Source of the DNA: Candidatus Vogelbacteria bacterium
GTDB taxonomy: Bacteria; Patescibacteriota; Minisyncoccia; Phycocordibacterales; XYD1-FULL-46-19
NCBI GenBank assembly: GCA_903878275.1
Contig: CAIRHC010000002.1
Coordinates: 29,218-93,217, forward strand
DNA length: 64,000 nucleotides
Direction of reading: 5' to 3'
Both the position numbers and the translations under genes were made by a program. Below, in pieces: positions 25,979-34,925 of the stretch; position 1 is the stretch's first letter; every line of letters starts with the position of its first letter. The notes below the pieces were generated by a model. That model saw only the letters and a list, made by a program, of their open reading frames with translations. It had not been told where the DNA came from and did no database searches.

Positions 25979-27214
25979 CTATAACTTTGATCTAAGATTT
26001 TTAAGATTAGCCAATAATTCGTCATAGAGAATAAAATTAATATTTTTTAGCGACGATCCCAATTTTCTAAAATCTGCCGATTCCTTTTTGTTTGCAAATT
26101 GAGCACTTGTTCCCGCGATGATATAACCGCGAGGACGAACAACACGGATATCTAGAGTCTTTTTTCTTTTTACTGCACGAATATAATCATCAGAATTACG
26201 AACAATTTCATCGTTATAATTCTCAATTTGAGCAATGGCTTTTGAAATATCAGCTTTCCAATAATAATTATCGTGGTCCTCGTCGAGACTAAGTAAGGGG
26301 GTGTCATGCTTTTTTATTTCAAAAACATCCACGAAACCGTACACATCAACCAAGACAAAATCTGGGTAACTTACACTGACACTAACATTTTGTTTTTCTA
26401 TTGAAGTGATATAGTTTGCCATAAAACGAAAAACTTTTTCGCTTAAGAATTTTTGCCAATCATTTTCAGAGAGGGTCTTTTTCGCCAAATTAAGATCAAA
26501 TTCTTTTATAACTTCGTCAAGAAAAATTTTATCAGTGACAGTCTTGGTCTTTTTTATAAGCGTGGCACGTCCAATTTTAACTCCTCGTTTCTTGCCCTTG
26601 GTCGAACCCTCAAATATTTTAGGGAAGAAATCGCTAAGAGATTCGAGGTCTTCTTCATTCAGCTTTTGGGATACCTTTTTGCGCCGCAGAAGCGCCGCCA
26701 TTTCACCTCCTTTATATTCGTCAAAATCATCGGCAGAAATTCTAATTTCCTTTGGAAATTTTGTACTCAAAAAGGAAGCAACGGAACCACGCAATTCATT
26801 ATTGTTATCTTCGTTTATTCTCCCAAGTCTTATAAGGAGATTCTTAATGTCAATAAAAGGAAGGGTAACTGATATTTTATGGATACCGTTCTTCACTTTT
26901 TTTCTTTGTTTGTCTGATATTATAAACTCAAGAATCCTCCCGTTTGCCAAGTGATTTTTAAGTCCAAGGAGAAGAAAAACGCCTTTCTTGCTACCACTAA
27001 ATCCATAACCGTTCTTGTTAAGGTAAAGTCCTGATGGAACACCCTGAAAACCATCGAGCGTAATACTAGAAACCTCTTTTGCTTTTGTCGGCCGGAAGTT
27101 ATAAATCGTTTTATTTGTCTTGCGATATATCTCGCAGACACAAAAATCAGGGTCGTCTGTCGCAAAGCGTCGTTCAGGAATTTCTTGTTTTTTTATCTTT
27201 TTCATTTTTCCCAA
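25979..27214 (-). CDS. PD-(D/E)xK nuclease-domain protein, Shedu/DUF4263-like, with an N-terminal domain of unknown function
   Basis: C-terminal motifs VLVDVYGFVDVFEIKK and ...AIAQIENY (D...ExK...QxxxY). 411 aa, ending at a TAG in frame with the helicase. Confidence 0.45.
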   Translation of the reverse strand: MGKMKKIKKQEIPERRFATDDPDFCVCEIYRKTNKTIYNFRPTKAKEVSSITLDGFQGVPSGLYLNKNGYGFSGSKKGVFLLLGLKNHLANGRILEFIISDKQRKKVKNGIHKISVTLPFIDIKNLLIRLGRINEDNNNELRGSVASFLSTKFPKEIRISADDFDEYKGGEMAALLRRKKVSQKLNEEDLESLSDFFPKIFEGSTKGKKRGVKIGRATLIKKTKTVTDKIFLDEVIKEFDLNLAKKTLSENDWQKFLSEKVFRFMANYITSIEKQNVSVSVSYPDFVLVDVYGFVDVFEIKKHDTPLLSLDEDHDNYYWKADISKAIAQIENYNDEIVRNSDDYIRAVKRKKTLDIRVVRPRGYIIAGTSAQFANKKESADFRKLGSSLKNINFILYDELLANLKNLRSKL

Positions 27215-29637
27215 AGTTTAGCTAATACTTCTTTAGCCTTTTGCTCATAAATCTCAATAAGTTTTTTAGCAGAATTGACTAAGCCGAGCTCAGCTTCGAT
27301 TTTTTCCACAATTTGTTTTTGAATTTCGAGAGGAGGTGCAAATATTTCAGTTTCTTCAATTAATTTATTATATAGCCGTTCGATGGTCCCACCTTTAGTA
27401 GTAACCCAATTAATATCTTGAAAAACTAAATAAAGATATTTATTGTCTACTATTTTTCCATCGTTTTCTATCCAAACTATATTTGAATCTTGAAAATAGG
27501 CTGGCTCACCATCAAAAATAACAGTTCTGCCAATAGTCCCAGAAGTTGAAATTAAGACATCGCCTTTTTTGGGGTAAGAAAATTTAGCCTGATAATCATC
27601 AAACAATTCTTGACTAATAAATGCATCTGGATTTTTCCCAAATGTACCAATTTTATAAAAAGGGACTTTACCATCGGCACTAGTTTGGTCCTTAAAAACT
27701 CTTTTACACATGCTAACTTTCCCAACCTCTCCCAACTTCACCTTCTCCCACTCAGGATCAATCTCGATTTTCGTTTTCCAGTTTTGGGTAATTTGTTTAG
27801 CGCCGGAAATAATACCCGTATATCCTTCCAGCTCTACTACAATCTGCTTTTGGATTTCGAGAGGTGGGAGAGGGATTTTAATTGTTTTTAGATCCTTTGG
27901 ATAAACATGTGGTTGCCCACCTCCTTGCTGAAATTTATAGATGTCTTCCTGTTTTGTTTTAAGAATATAAAATAGATATTTAGTGCTAACTACATTTTTA
28001 TCGATTGATTGGATTGTCGAACAATCGGAGGCAAAAATTGGGGTATTAAAATAATTTACAAATCCAGAATAAGCACCAGAAGCGCTAACCGTGATGACTT
28101 CACCATTCCGATTTGATTCGTCGTGATAATAGGCTGGCTCTTGACCTCCCGCTATCACTGGAATATTCCCATCTTTAGTGTCTTTTTTTGTTATGGCGGA
28201 ACCTTTTATAATTTCAGCAATCTCGCCCAACTCAACCATTGGCCACTTGGCGTTAGAATAATCGGTGACAACTTGATAACGATCACCGGAAAGATTATAG
28301 TCACCGCTCTCGGCAATTTTGGATTTTTCAACCCACAAACCAAGATCCCATTCTTTTTCTCCTTTTAAATTAACTTTTTTATCCCCGGCCATTAAAGTGT
28401 CCTGCCAAATTCGAAGATAATGTAAAGCTAAAGGCAAATCACCCTGATGACCAAGAGATCTCCTCTGTGCGCCCAAATCAAAGCCGTCATCCTTTATTTT
28501 TATAAACAAAATATCCTGAGCTCTCTTTGCTAGCTCATTATCAAAAAACAAGATACTTGTTTTTACCCCAGCATAAGGATTAAACACGCCTGAGGGTAAA
28601 GACACGACAGCAAACAAGCCATCTTCAACGAGACTTTTTCGCAGTTGCTTATAGGCAGTCCCTGATTGAAAGATGATACCCTCAGGCACAATAATACCGG
28701 CTCGGCCCTTTGGTTGGAGGTGGTTCATTATGTAATCGACAAACAAAACCTCACTTCGGCTCGATTGAATACTAAACTTACTGTGCGGTTTAATGCCTCC
28801 CTTCGGTGACATAAAAGGTGGATTGGCCAGAATTACACTAAATTTGTCGTTCCAACGCTCATCGCTTGAAAGAGAATCATACTGAAAGATTTTTGGATTC
28901 TTAAATTGGTGAAGATACATATTAACTTGAGCAATACGCACCATGCCGGGATCGATGTCGTAGCCTTCAAAGTTATTCGCTAAAGCGCGCCTTTGATCCG
29001 GAGTCAGAGATTTCTCTTTTTTGTCTGGGTCGTCTTTGCCATCATGTTGCTCAAGAATATGTTTGTAAGAACTAACCAAGAAGCCACCCGTGCCACAAGC
29101 GGGATCAAGAACTTTATCATCTTTTGTTGGATTAACGACATCAACTATAAAATCAATGATGTGGCGAGGAGTACGGAATTGACCAGCGTCGCCTTGAGAG
29201 GACATTATTGATAGTAAATATTCGTAAGCGTTACCAAGCTCTTCGGGGTGAGAGTAATCAAAATAATCAATCTCTTTAAGGAATAGCCCCAAAGTTTCAG
29301 GTGAACGATACGGCAAGAAGGCAGACTTAAAGATCCCTCTAAAAAGTTCCGGCAGTTGTTTGGCTTCTGAGAATTTAAGTAGGGCCTCTGAGTAAAGATT
29401 CATGCGCTCTTGATTTCCCATGCGAGAATCCATTAAGCGAGTCCAAGCGTAACGCTCGAGACTACCGACAAAAAAGGAAGGTTCGCCACCCGCTTTAATC
29501 GCCGCCTGATCCATGTCATCCATAAACTTATAGACCAAAGCATTGGTGATTTGATCAATCTGCGAAGTCGGATTTGGTACCACTCCAACAAGCACTTGAC
29601 GAGCCGAATCAATATGTCGTTTTGTGTCAGCGTTCAT
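27202..29637 (-). CDS. type I R-M methyltransferase fused to a specificity subunit (HsdM-HsdS fusion, two TRDs)
   Basis: The N-terminal half has N6-adenine MTase motifs (DPACGTGGFLV, LANPPF). The C-terminal half has two TRD-like halves, each followed by the repeat PLPPLEIQKQIV / APPLEIQKQIV. Confidence 0.8.
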   Translation of the reverse strand: MNADTKRHIDSARQVLVGVVPNPTSQIDQITNALVYKFMDDMDQAAIKAGGEPSFFVGSLERYAWTRLMDSRMGNQERMNLYSEALLKFSEAKQLPELFRGIFKSAFLPYRSPETLGLFLKEIDYFDYSHPEELGNAYEYLLSIMSSQGDAGQFRTPRHIIDFIVDVVNPTKDDKVLDPACGTGGFLVSSYKHILEQHDGKDDPDKKEKSLTPDQRRALANNFEGYDIDPGMVRIAQVNMYLHQFKNPKIFQYDSLSSDERWNDKFSVILANPPFMSPKGGIKPHSKFSIQSSRSEVLFVDYIMNHLQPKGRAGIIVPEGIIFQSGTAYKQLRKSLVEDGLFAVVSLPSGVFNPYAGVKTSILFFDNELAKRAQDILFIKIKDDGFDLGAQRRSLGHQGDLPLALHYLRIWQDTLMAGDKKVNLKGEKEWDLGLWVEKSKIAESGDYNLSGDRYQVVTDYSNAKWPMVELGEIAEIIKGSAITKKDTKDGNIPVIAGGQEPAYYHDESNRNGEVITVSASGAYSGFVNYFNTPIFASDCSTIQSIDKNVVSTKYLFYILKTKQEDIYKFQQGGGQPHVYPKDLKTIKIPLPPLEIQKQIVVELEGYTGIISGAKQITQNWKTKIEIDPEWEKVKLGEVGKVSMCKRVFKDQTSADGKVPFYKIGTFGKNPDAFISQELFDDYQAKFSYPKKGDVLISTSGTIGRTVIFDGEPAYFQDSNIVWIENDGKIVDNKYLYLVFQDINWVTTKGGTIERLYNKLIEETEIFAPPLEIQKQIVEKIEAELGLVNSAKKLIEIYEQKAKEVLAKLWEK

Positions 29638-29641
29638 TTAT

Positions 29642-32179
29642 TTATAAGTTTGTTAATTGGTAGGCATAATCACGGACATATTGAGGGACGATCACTCGGT
29701 AGCCATTTAATTTCTGATAATCTTCAAAGTCGAAAGAGGGACAGTGATAAAAATCAGCTGGTTGATTGCGCTTCACAATGTCACGAACTTCTTCGTCAGA
29801 GATGTAAGCCTTAAAGAAGTTTTTAGCTGGTCGGTAATGGTCTTGATCAACATTATAAATATCGACAAATTTCTGCCATTCGGATTCCAAGAGGTCATCT
29901 TTCATCTCAAAGGTTTCTTTATCACCAAAAGCTACCTGCAAGAATTCTTTAACAGTCACTCGGCGGTCAACGCCAAAAATCTTACGGATCTTATCAAGAT
30001 TCAAGAAATATTTCGGCTTATCAAAAATCTGCTTTTTAGCAAAGTCTTCCGCCGCTTCCGTGTCGCCGTTCTCCCACATATTCTTTAGAGTTTCATTGCC
30101 AAGGACATCTTCTTCGACAGCTCGCTTAAAACCTTCGCGATCAATTCGCATAATCACACCCTCGGGAGTCTCAGAAATTGTGGCTAATTCATCTGAAGTC
30201 GCAAGATCGATCGGCCCCTTAAGTGGTTCCGGAGTTGGACCACCGACAGGACCATTTCCTCCCGGACCAGTTAATGGCGGGATATGGACGATGGGAAGTT
30301 TAATTTTTTCATCATACTCAAATTCATTTTCAAAATATTCACAGGTGGCGAAGAAATCGAAAAACTTAAATTTTTCTTTCGGTAGGGTAACTTTATCATT
30401 TTGATAATCGTTATATTCAAACAGCCATTTTCTCGTGCCTCGTCCTTTAATCTGAACAAAATCGGTGGGAGAAAAAACCGGACGCATTAAGGCGATGTTG
30501 AGTAGGTCTTGGCAATCATAACCAGTGGTCATCATGCCGACAGTGACAGCAATCCGCGCTTTGCTTGTGTCATAGCCTTCTGGGTGTTTTGTTTGTCCGC
30601 CAAGGCGATTGTTGGCAAAATTAATGGTCATTTGTTGAGCACTGTCTACTTGTGAAGAAACTTGCATCGCAAAATTTGATTCACTATATTGCTCTGGCCA
30701 TTTTTCAAAAGCAATTTTGTTTAATATGTTGGTCAGTCGAGCAGCGTGTTTTTGAGAGACAGCAAAGACAATTGATTTACCAAAAAGATCTACTCCTAAT
30801 TTTTTAGCCACTGGGTCATATAGCCCGTTATCAATAAAGGCTTTGCACATGGCGATATTGGTCTCATCATTAAAAATTTTCCGCTCATAGTGGCGTTCAT
30901 TAAATACCTCGTCGATGGTCTCGCCGCTTTCCGTTAGGGTATGAACGGCATAACCTTTCTCTGATAAAAGTTCAGTGGTAATTTCGGTCCGAGCATCGAC
31001 AAGTGTCGGCTTAATCAAGTAGCCTTCTTTTGCTCCAGTGTCTAAGTCATAAGAAAAAGTAGGATTACCGGATTCGCAACCAAATGTTTTATAGGTATCA
31101 ATCAAGAGTCGTCGCTCGTACTCTCTTTGACTATCAGCACCTTCAGTATCAAAGCCTCTCAAATAATTTTTAGGTGTAGCCGTTAAACCTAATTTATAGC
31201 CAACAAAGTATTCAAAAACCGCTCGACTATTACCACCGATTGAACGATGTGCTTCATCTGAAATAACTAATTCAAAATCGGTTGGTGAAAATTCTTTTTT
31301 ATAACGATCGCCAGCGAGAAAGGTTTGGATAGTAGAAACCACCACGCTAGCGTTTTGCCAAGAATCCCGGCTGTCTTTATAAATAACCGTGGCAAAATCG
31401 TGACCAAGATAAGCGGTAAACGCTTTGTAGGCTTGATCTTCCAGCTCTAAACGGTCTACCAAGAAAAGAACACGGCGAGCATTACCGGATTTTAAGAATA
31501 ATTTAATTATCGCTGCGGAAATGAGAGTCTTACCAGTGCCAGTGGCCATCTCAAAAAGAAATCGTTGCTTACCACTTTTCGCTGATTCTTGAAGAGCTTT
31601 GATCGATTGAAGTTGATAAGGACGAAGTTGCTTAATACGATTATTTTTTAAGAAGTCAGATCTCGTGGCTTCATTCTGAAAAGAAGGATCATTTATTAAT
31701 CCTGGCATTTGCGTGACGGCAACATAATTCTCATCAACTGGAGTGTTAGCTAATTCCTCAGGATTTGGAGTGTACTTTTCATATTGAGTAATTGAGTCTT
31801 GGGTTGGGAAACGAGAAATGGTGTCAGGATTACCATGCTTAGTGTCCCAGAGATAATGAATATTGCCATTTGAGAGAATGATAAAACGAGCGCCAGAGTT
31901 ACGAGCATAATTTCTCGCTTGTTCTTTGGCAGAAAGTGGATCAACTGCTTCGCGTTTCGCTTCTACCACCACCAAGGCTCGGCCATCTTTATCAAGTAAA
32001 AGAAAATCTATGAAGCCATGAGTTTCATTTTCAAAGTCATCTCCAAGGTCAGAATATTTAACACCTGGCTCAAGGCGGATATTAGCTTTGCCGTTTTTGT
32101 CATCCTCAAAACGCCAGCCAGAAGCTTCGAGAAGTTTATTGATCTTAATTCGAGCAGATGCTTCTTTAGAATTTGCCAT
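29642..32179 (-). CDS. hsdR: type I restriction enzyme R subunit (HsdR-like, 845 aa)
   Basis: N-terminal Mrr/HSDR_N-like nuclease (FIDFLLLDKDGRALVVVEAKRE), then an SF2 helicase (FLFEMATGTGKT, VISDEAHRS). Confidence 0.8.
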   Translation of the reverse strand: MANSKEASARIKINKLLEASGWRFEDDKNGKANIRLEPGVKYSDLGDDFENETHGFIDFLLLDKDGRALVVVEAKREAVDPLSAKEQARNYARNSGARFIILSNGNIHYLWDTKHGNPDTISRFPTQDSITQYEKYTPNPEELANTPVDENYVAVTQMPGLINDPSFQNEATRSDFLKNNRIKQLRPYQLQSIKALQESAKSGKQRFLFEMATGTGKTLISAAIIKLFLKSGNARRVLFLVDRLELEDQAYKAFTAYLGHDFATVIYKDSRDSWQNASVVVSTIQTFLAGDRYKKEFSPTDFELVISDEAHRSIGGNSRAVFEYFVGYKLGLTATPKNYLRGFDTEGADSQREYERRLLIDTYKTFGCESGNPTFSYDLDTGAKEGYLIKPTLVDARTEITTELLSEKGYAVHTLTESGETIDEVFNERHYERKIFNDETNIAMCKAFIDNGLYDPVAKKLGVDLFGKSIVFAVSQKHAARLTNILNKIAFEKWPEQYSESNFAMQVSSQVDSAQQMTINFANNRLGGQTKHPEGYDTSKARIAVTVGMMTTGYDCQDLLNIALMRPVFSPTDFVQIKGRGTRKWLFEYNDYQNDKVTLPKEKFKFFDFFATCEYFENEFEYDEKIKLPIVHIPPLTGPGGNGPVGGPTPEPLKGPIDLATSDELATISETPEGVIMRIDREGFKRAVEEDVLGNETLKNMWENGDTEAAEDFAKKQIFDKPKYFLNLDKIRKIFGVDRRVTVKEFLQVAFGDKETFEMKDDLLESEWQKFVDIYNVDQDHYRPAKNFFKAYISDEEVRDIVKRNQPADFYHCPSFDFEDYQKLNGYRVIVPQYVRDYAYQLTNL

Positions 32180-32184
32180 AATCT

Positions 32185-33381
32185 TTATTTTTTAAATTCT
32201 TGAAGCTTAAAATCAATTTTATATAAATAAACCTCCGTGTCTTTTATTTTTTTCAAGGCGTAATACAGTCTTTCGTCATACTGCGAGGCGATAATGATTC
32301 CTTTTACCGTTTTGCCATTAGTTTTATTTTCTTCAATCCAACCCATATACCGAGCAAGTTGCCCAACAGTATCATCGCTCGTCTTTCCCTTTTTCAATTC
32401 GATAACAACATAATTTTTGGTCTCTTTTTCTTGCGCCAAGATGTCAATTCGTCCGATACCGGTCTGATACTGCTGGCTTTTTAATTCACCCTCCTCTTCG
32501 ATAAGGTCATATCTTTGGCCCAACTCAGTTCTATCCCAGTTTTCTATTAAAAAATCTTCAAGTTGACTCTCCATATAAAAAACAGACGGATCAACCAAAA
32601 CTTCAGAGGTTGTGTCCTCTTTATTTACGGAGACTTCTTTAAAACCACCCCATGGGGCATAGTCATCTTCATGCTCAATCTTCCAAAGAGGCTTAGCTTC
32701 CGAAGAATACAGAAAATCGGAAATAGTTCGAGCTGAGTAATTAAGGCCAAAGCTATTAAAGCCTCTCATTATTTCGATATTAGAAAAAATTATTTTCTTT
32801 CCAATAGAATCTTTATCGAAATCTGGAGCCCCCTCAAATCCAAAATACTCAAAAACTTTTCTTCGATCCTTAAGTGAGATAACACTTAAGTTGCTGACGG
32901 GGTTAAAAGCGGCCAGCATCGCGTTTATGGCATTACCACTTGGACCAGTAAGATTATTACGATGCCCCTCGTTAAGTTTATATACCTCATTTATAAGTTC
33001 CGCCCTCTTATCAACATCTTTTTCTGTAAAAATACTGTTCAGCAGGTTGGATAAATTCTTATTTATTTTTATCTCATTAAACATTCTGCGCCACGCCCCC
33101 TGTGGAATCATCGCTTTGGCGACAGCTTCACTTTCTTTGGTATTGCCCTTACCGTTTCGATCCAAAATTTTAATAATTTGATCCGTCTCCGTATCGTTTA
33201 GTTCTTCTCTGTCACCACTCATTATTTTAGTCACCCAAAAATCATGAAATTGTTTACTTTGTTTTTCCCAAACAGCATTCTTGGCCTCAGTGTCATAATT
33301 GGCAAGAAAGCTATTAAATAATTGATTAAGTTGTTGTTTTTCCATTGGATTACCTATTATTAGAGCCTTATTTATCAACAC
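32185..33381 (-). CDS. protein with a C-terminal PD-(D/E)xK (NucS/RecB-like) nuclease-fold domain; first gene of the island
   Basis: ...GRIDILAQEKETKNYVVIELKKGKTSDDTVGQLARYMGWI. Confidence 0.45.
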   Translation of the reverse strand: MLINKALIIGNPMEKQQLNQLFNSFLANYDTEAKNAVWEKQSKQFHDFWVTKIMSGDREELNDTETDQIIKILDRNGKGNTKESEAVAKAMIPQGAWRRMFNEIKINKNLSNLLNSIFTEKDVDKRAELINEVYKLNEGHRNNLTGPSGNAINAMLAAFNPVSNLSVISLKDRRKVFEYFGFEGAPDFDKDSIGKKIIFSNIEIMRGFNSFGLNYSARTISDFLYSSEAKPLWKIEHEDDYAPWGGFKEVSVNKEDTTSEVLVDPSVFYMESQLEDFLIENWDRTELGQRYDLIEEEGELKSQQYQTGIGRIDILAQEKETKNYVVIELKKGKTSDDTVGQLARYMGWIEENKTNGKTVKGIIIASQYDERLYYALKKIKDTEVYLYKIDFKLQEFKK

Positions 33382-33725
33382 AAAAGATACTTGATACTTG
33401 ACAAGAGTTTAGCACTTTTAGCAAATTTTTACAAAAAATATTTTTAGGCTGGAGGGTTACTGATCCCTGCCGGTTTTAGAGCGATTTCTAATAGTAGCCA
33501 CGGGAGCGGATAAGTCCTTTACGTATGGTACCGTTGAATCTTCAGAGTCCCGAATCGAACAACTCCCCCTACCCCTCCTCACTGAGTAGCCATAAATCAA
33601 TAAAAACTTTTCTTTGTAGATAATAAAATAAATTAACTTTTATTTGGTCGAAAATTATCTCACCCTCTGGCGTTGCTTCTAGTCCAAGTAACGCCTTTTA
33701 TTATTTAGTTATTAACCAATAAAAT

Positions 33726-34034
33726 ATGAGTGATACTCTAACAATCAAAACAAATTACTCTGGCTCAGAACATACTCGAGATGATGTTAAGCAACAAATC
33801 TTGGAGCGTTTTGGACCAGAACTCGCCAAAGAATACGATCCGTACACCAACTGTATGACTTTGGCACAATGGGCTTCAAGAGGCTACCGTGTTAAACCTG
33901 GCGAGAAATCTTTGAAATCCAAGGTTATCGTGGAGAAAAAAGATGAGAATGAAAAAACTGTAGCGTCCTTCTTTCGTATTTGCCATCTTTTTTATTACCC
34001 ACAAGTAAAACGCCTACCGAATTATGGAAACTAA
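33726..34034 (+). CDS. hypothetical protein (102 aa)
   Basis: ORF that overlaps the next gene by 11 nt. Confidence 0.35.
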   Translation: MSDTLTIKTNYSGSEHTRDDVKQQILERFGPELAKEYDPYTNCMTLAQWASRGYRVKPGEKSLKSKVIVEKKDENEKTVASFFRICHLFYYPQVKRLPNYGN

Positions 34035-34707
34035 CACCGTCAGTCGTGGAGCAGTTAGTATCGGCGAAGCGTTACAGTCGCTTGATGTCTTCAAAGTATC
34101 GATCAACCAGTTACTCCTTCAGCGTCGATTTTTTGTTGATAAAATCAAACCAATGCTCAAGCAAGATCAGGACTACTATATTATCAATGGTAAAAAATCA
34201 TTGAGTAAGGGTGGCGCAGAAAAACTCTGTCAGATTTATGGCCTAACCGCTTCGTTTGAGCGTGATTATGACAGCCTTCAATCATTCCCTGAAACAAAAG
34301 GAGTCGTGATCTTCAAATGTACGCTAAGAAGAGCAGACGGTTCTGTGGTCGGTGAAGGACGTGGGGCGTCAACGCTTGAGAAAAATAACGGCGATATTAA
34401 TAAATGTTTAAAGCTCGCTGAGAAAAGTTCCATGATTTGCGCGACGTTGAGATCCACTTTTTTGTCGTCAGATTTTACTCAAGATTTAGAAGATATGCCT
34501 AGCTTGGGCGGTCCTGTTCAAATCGAAGAAGTAGCCAGAGCTAATGAGGCCCTAATGATTAGTGACCGTCAGAAGTCTTATTTGACCCAGCTCCTATATG
34601 ACAACATTAATGACGAGAATGAGCGAGAAGAATCGTTAAACTCTTTAACCACCCTAACCAGGCACGAAGCTAGCGAAATGATAGCTAGTTTTGTAGGAGT
34701 TAAATAG
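34024..34707 (+). CDS. hypothetical protein (227 aa)
   Basis: ORF; no family recognised. Confidence 0.4.
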   Translation: METNTVSRGAVSIGEALQSLDVFKVSINQLLLQRRFFVDKIKPMLKQDQDYYIINGKKSLSKGGAEKLCQIYGLTASFERDYDSLQSFPETKGVVIFKCTLRRADGSVVGEGRGASTLEKNNGDINKCLKLAEKSSMICATLRSTFLSSDFTQDLEDMPSLGGPVQIEEVARANEALMISDRQKSYLTQLLYDNINDENEREESLNSLTTLTRHEASEMIASFVGVK

Positions 34708-34728
34708 CTAAAGAATTAAGTTTTGTCG

Positions 34729-34912
34729 CTATCGAGTGCGTGGGTGTAGAGATGCGAATCTATCGCTGGGACAAACTCTAAGGAACCAAGGGTGGCAACA
34801 CCTGAAGAGTTTGCGAGAGTTGCCAATGCCAAATCTGGCCCTATGCCTGCGCACCTGATAGCGACAAAACAACTTAAAAAGACACACCTTAACTGGTGTG
34901 TCTTTTTTTTGC
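34729..34912 (+). ncRNA. candidate structured small RNA (about 150 nt) ending in a strong intrinsic terminator
   Basis: A 14-bp long-range stem (gttttgtcgctatc / gatagcgacaaaac) encloses internal hairpins. The terminator is agacacacc-ttaa-ctggtgtgtct followed by T8. The 62-aa minus-strand ORF here is implausible. Confidence 0.3.
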
Positions 34913-34925
34913 TTCAACCAAGCTA

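Noticed and set aside
33530-33575. tRNA 3'-half or att remnant (cccgaatcgaac)
   Set aside because: The flanking bases cannot form a T-stem or an acceptor stem, and it does not match any of the window's tRNAs, so I keep it only as a low-confidence structured region.
34729-34917. 62-aa minus-strand ORF (MKQKKDTPVKVCLFKLFCRYQVRRHRARFGIGNSRKLFRCCHPWFLRVCPSDRFASLHPRTR)
   Set aside because: It overlaps a + strand terminator and a long helix. Its Arg/Cys-rich composition is typical of translated structured RNA.
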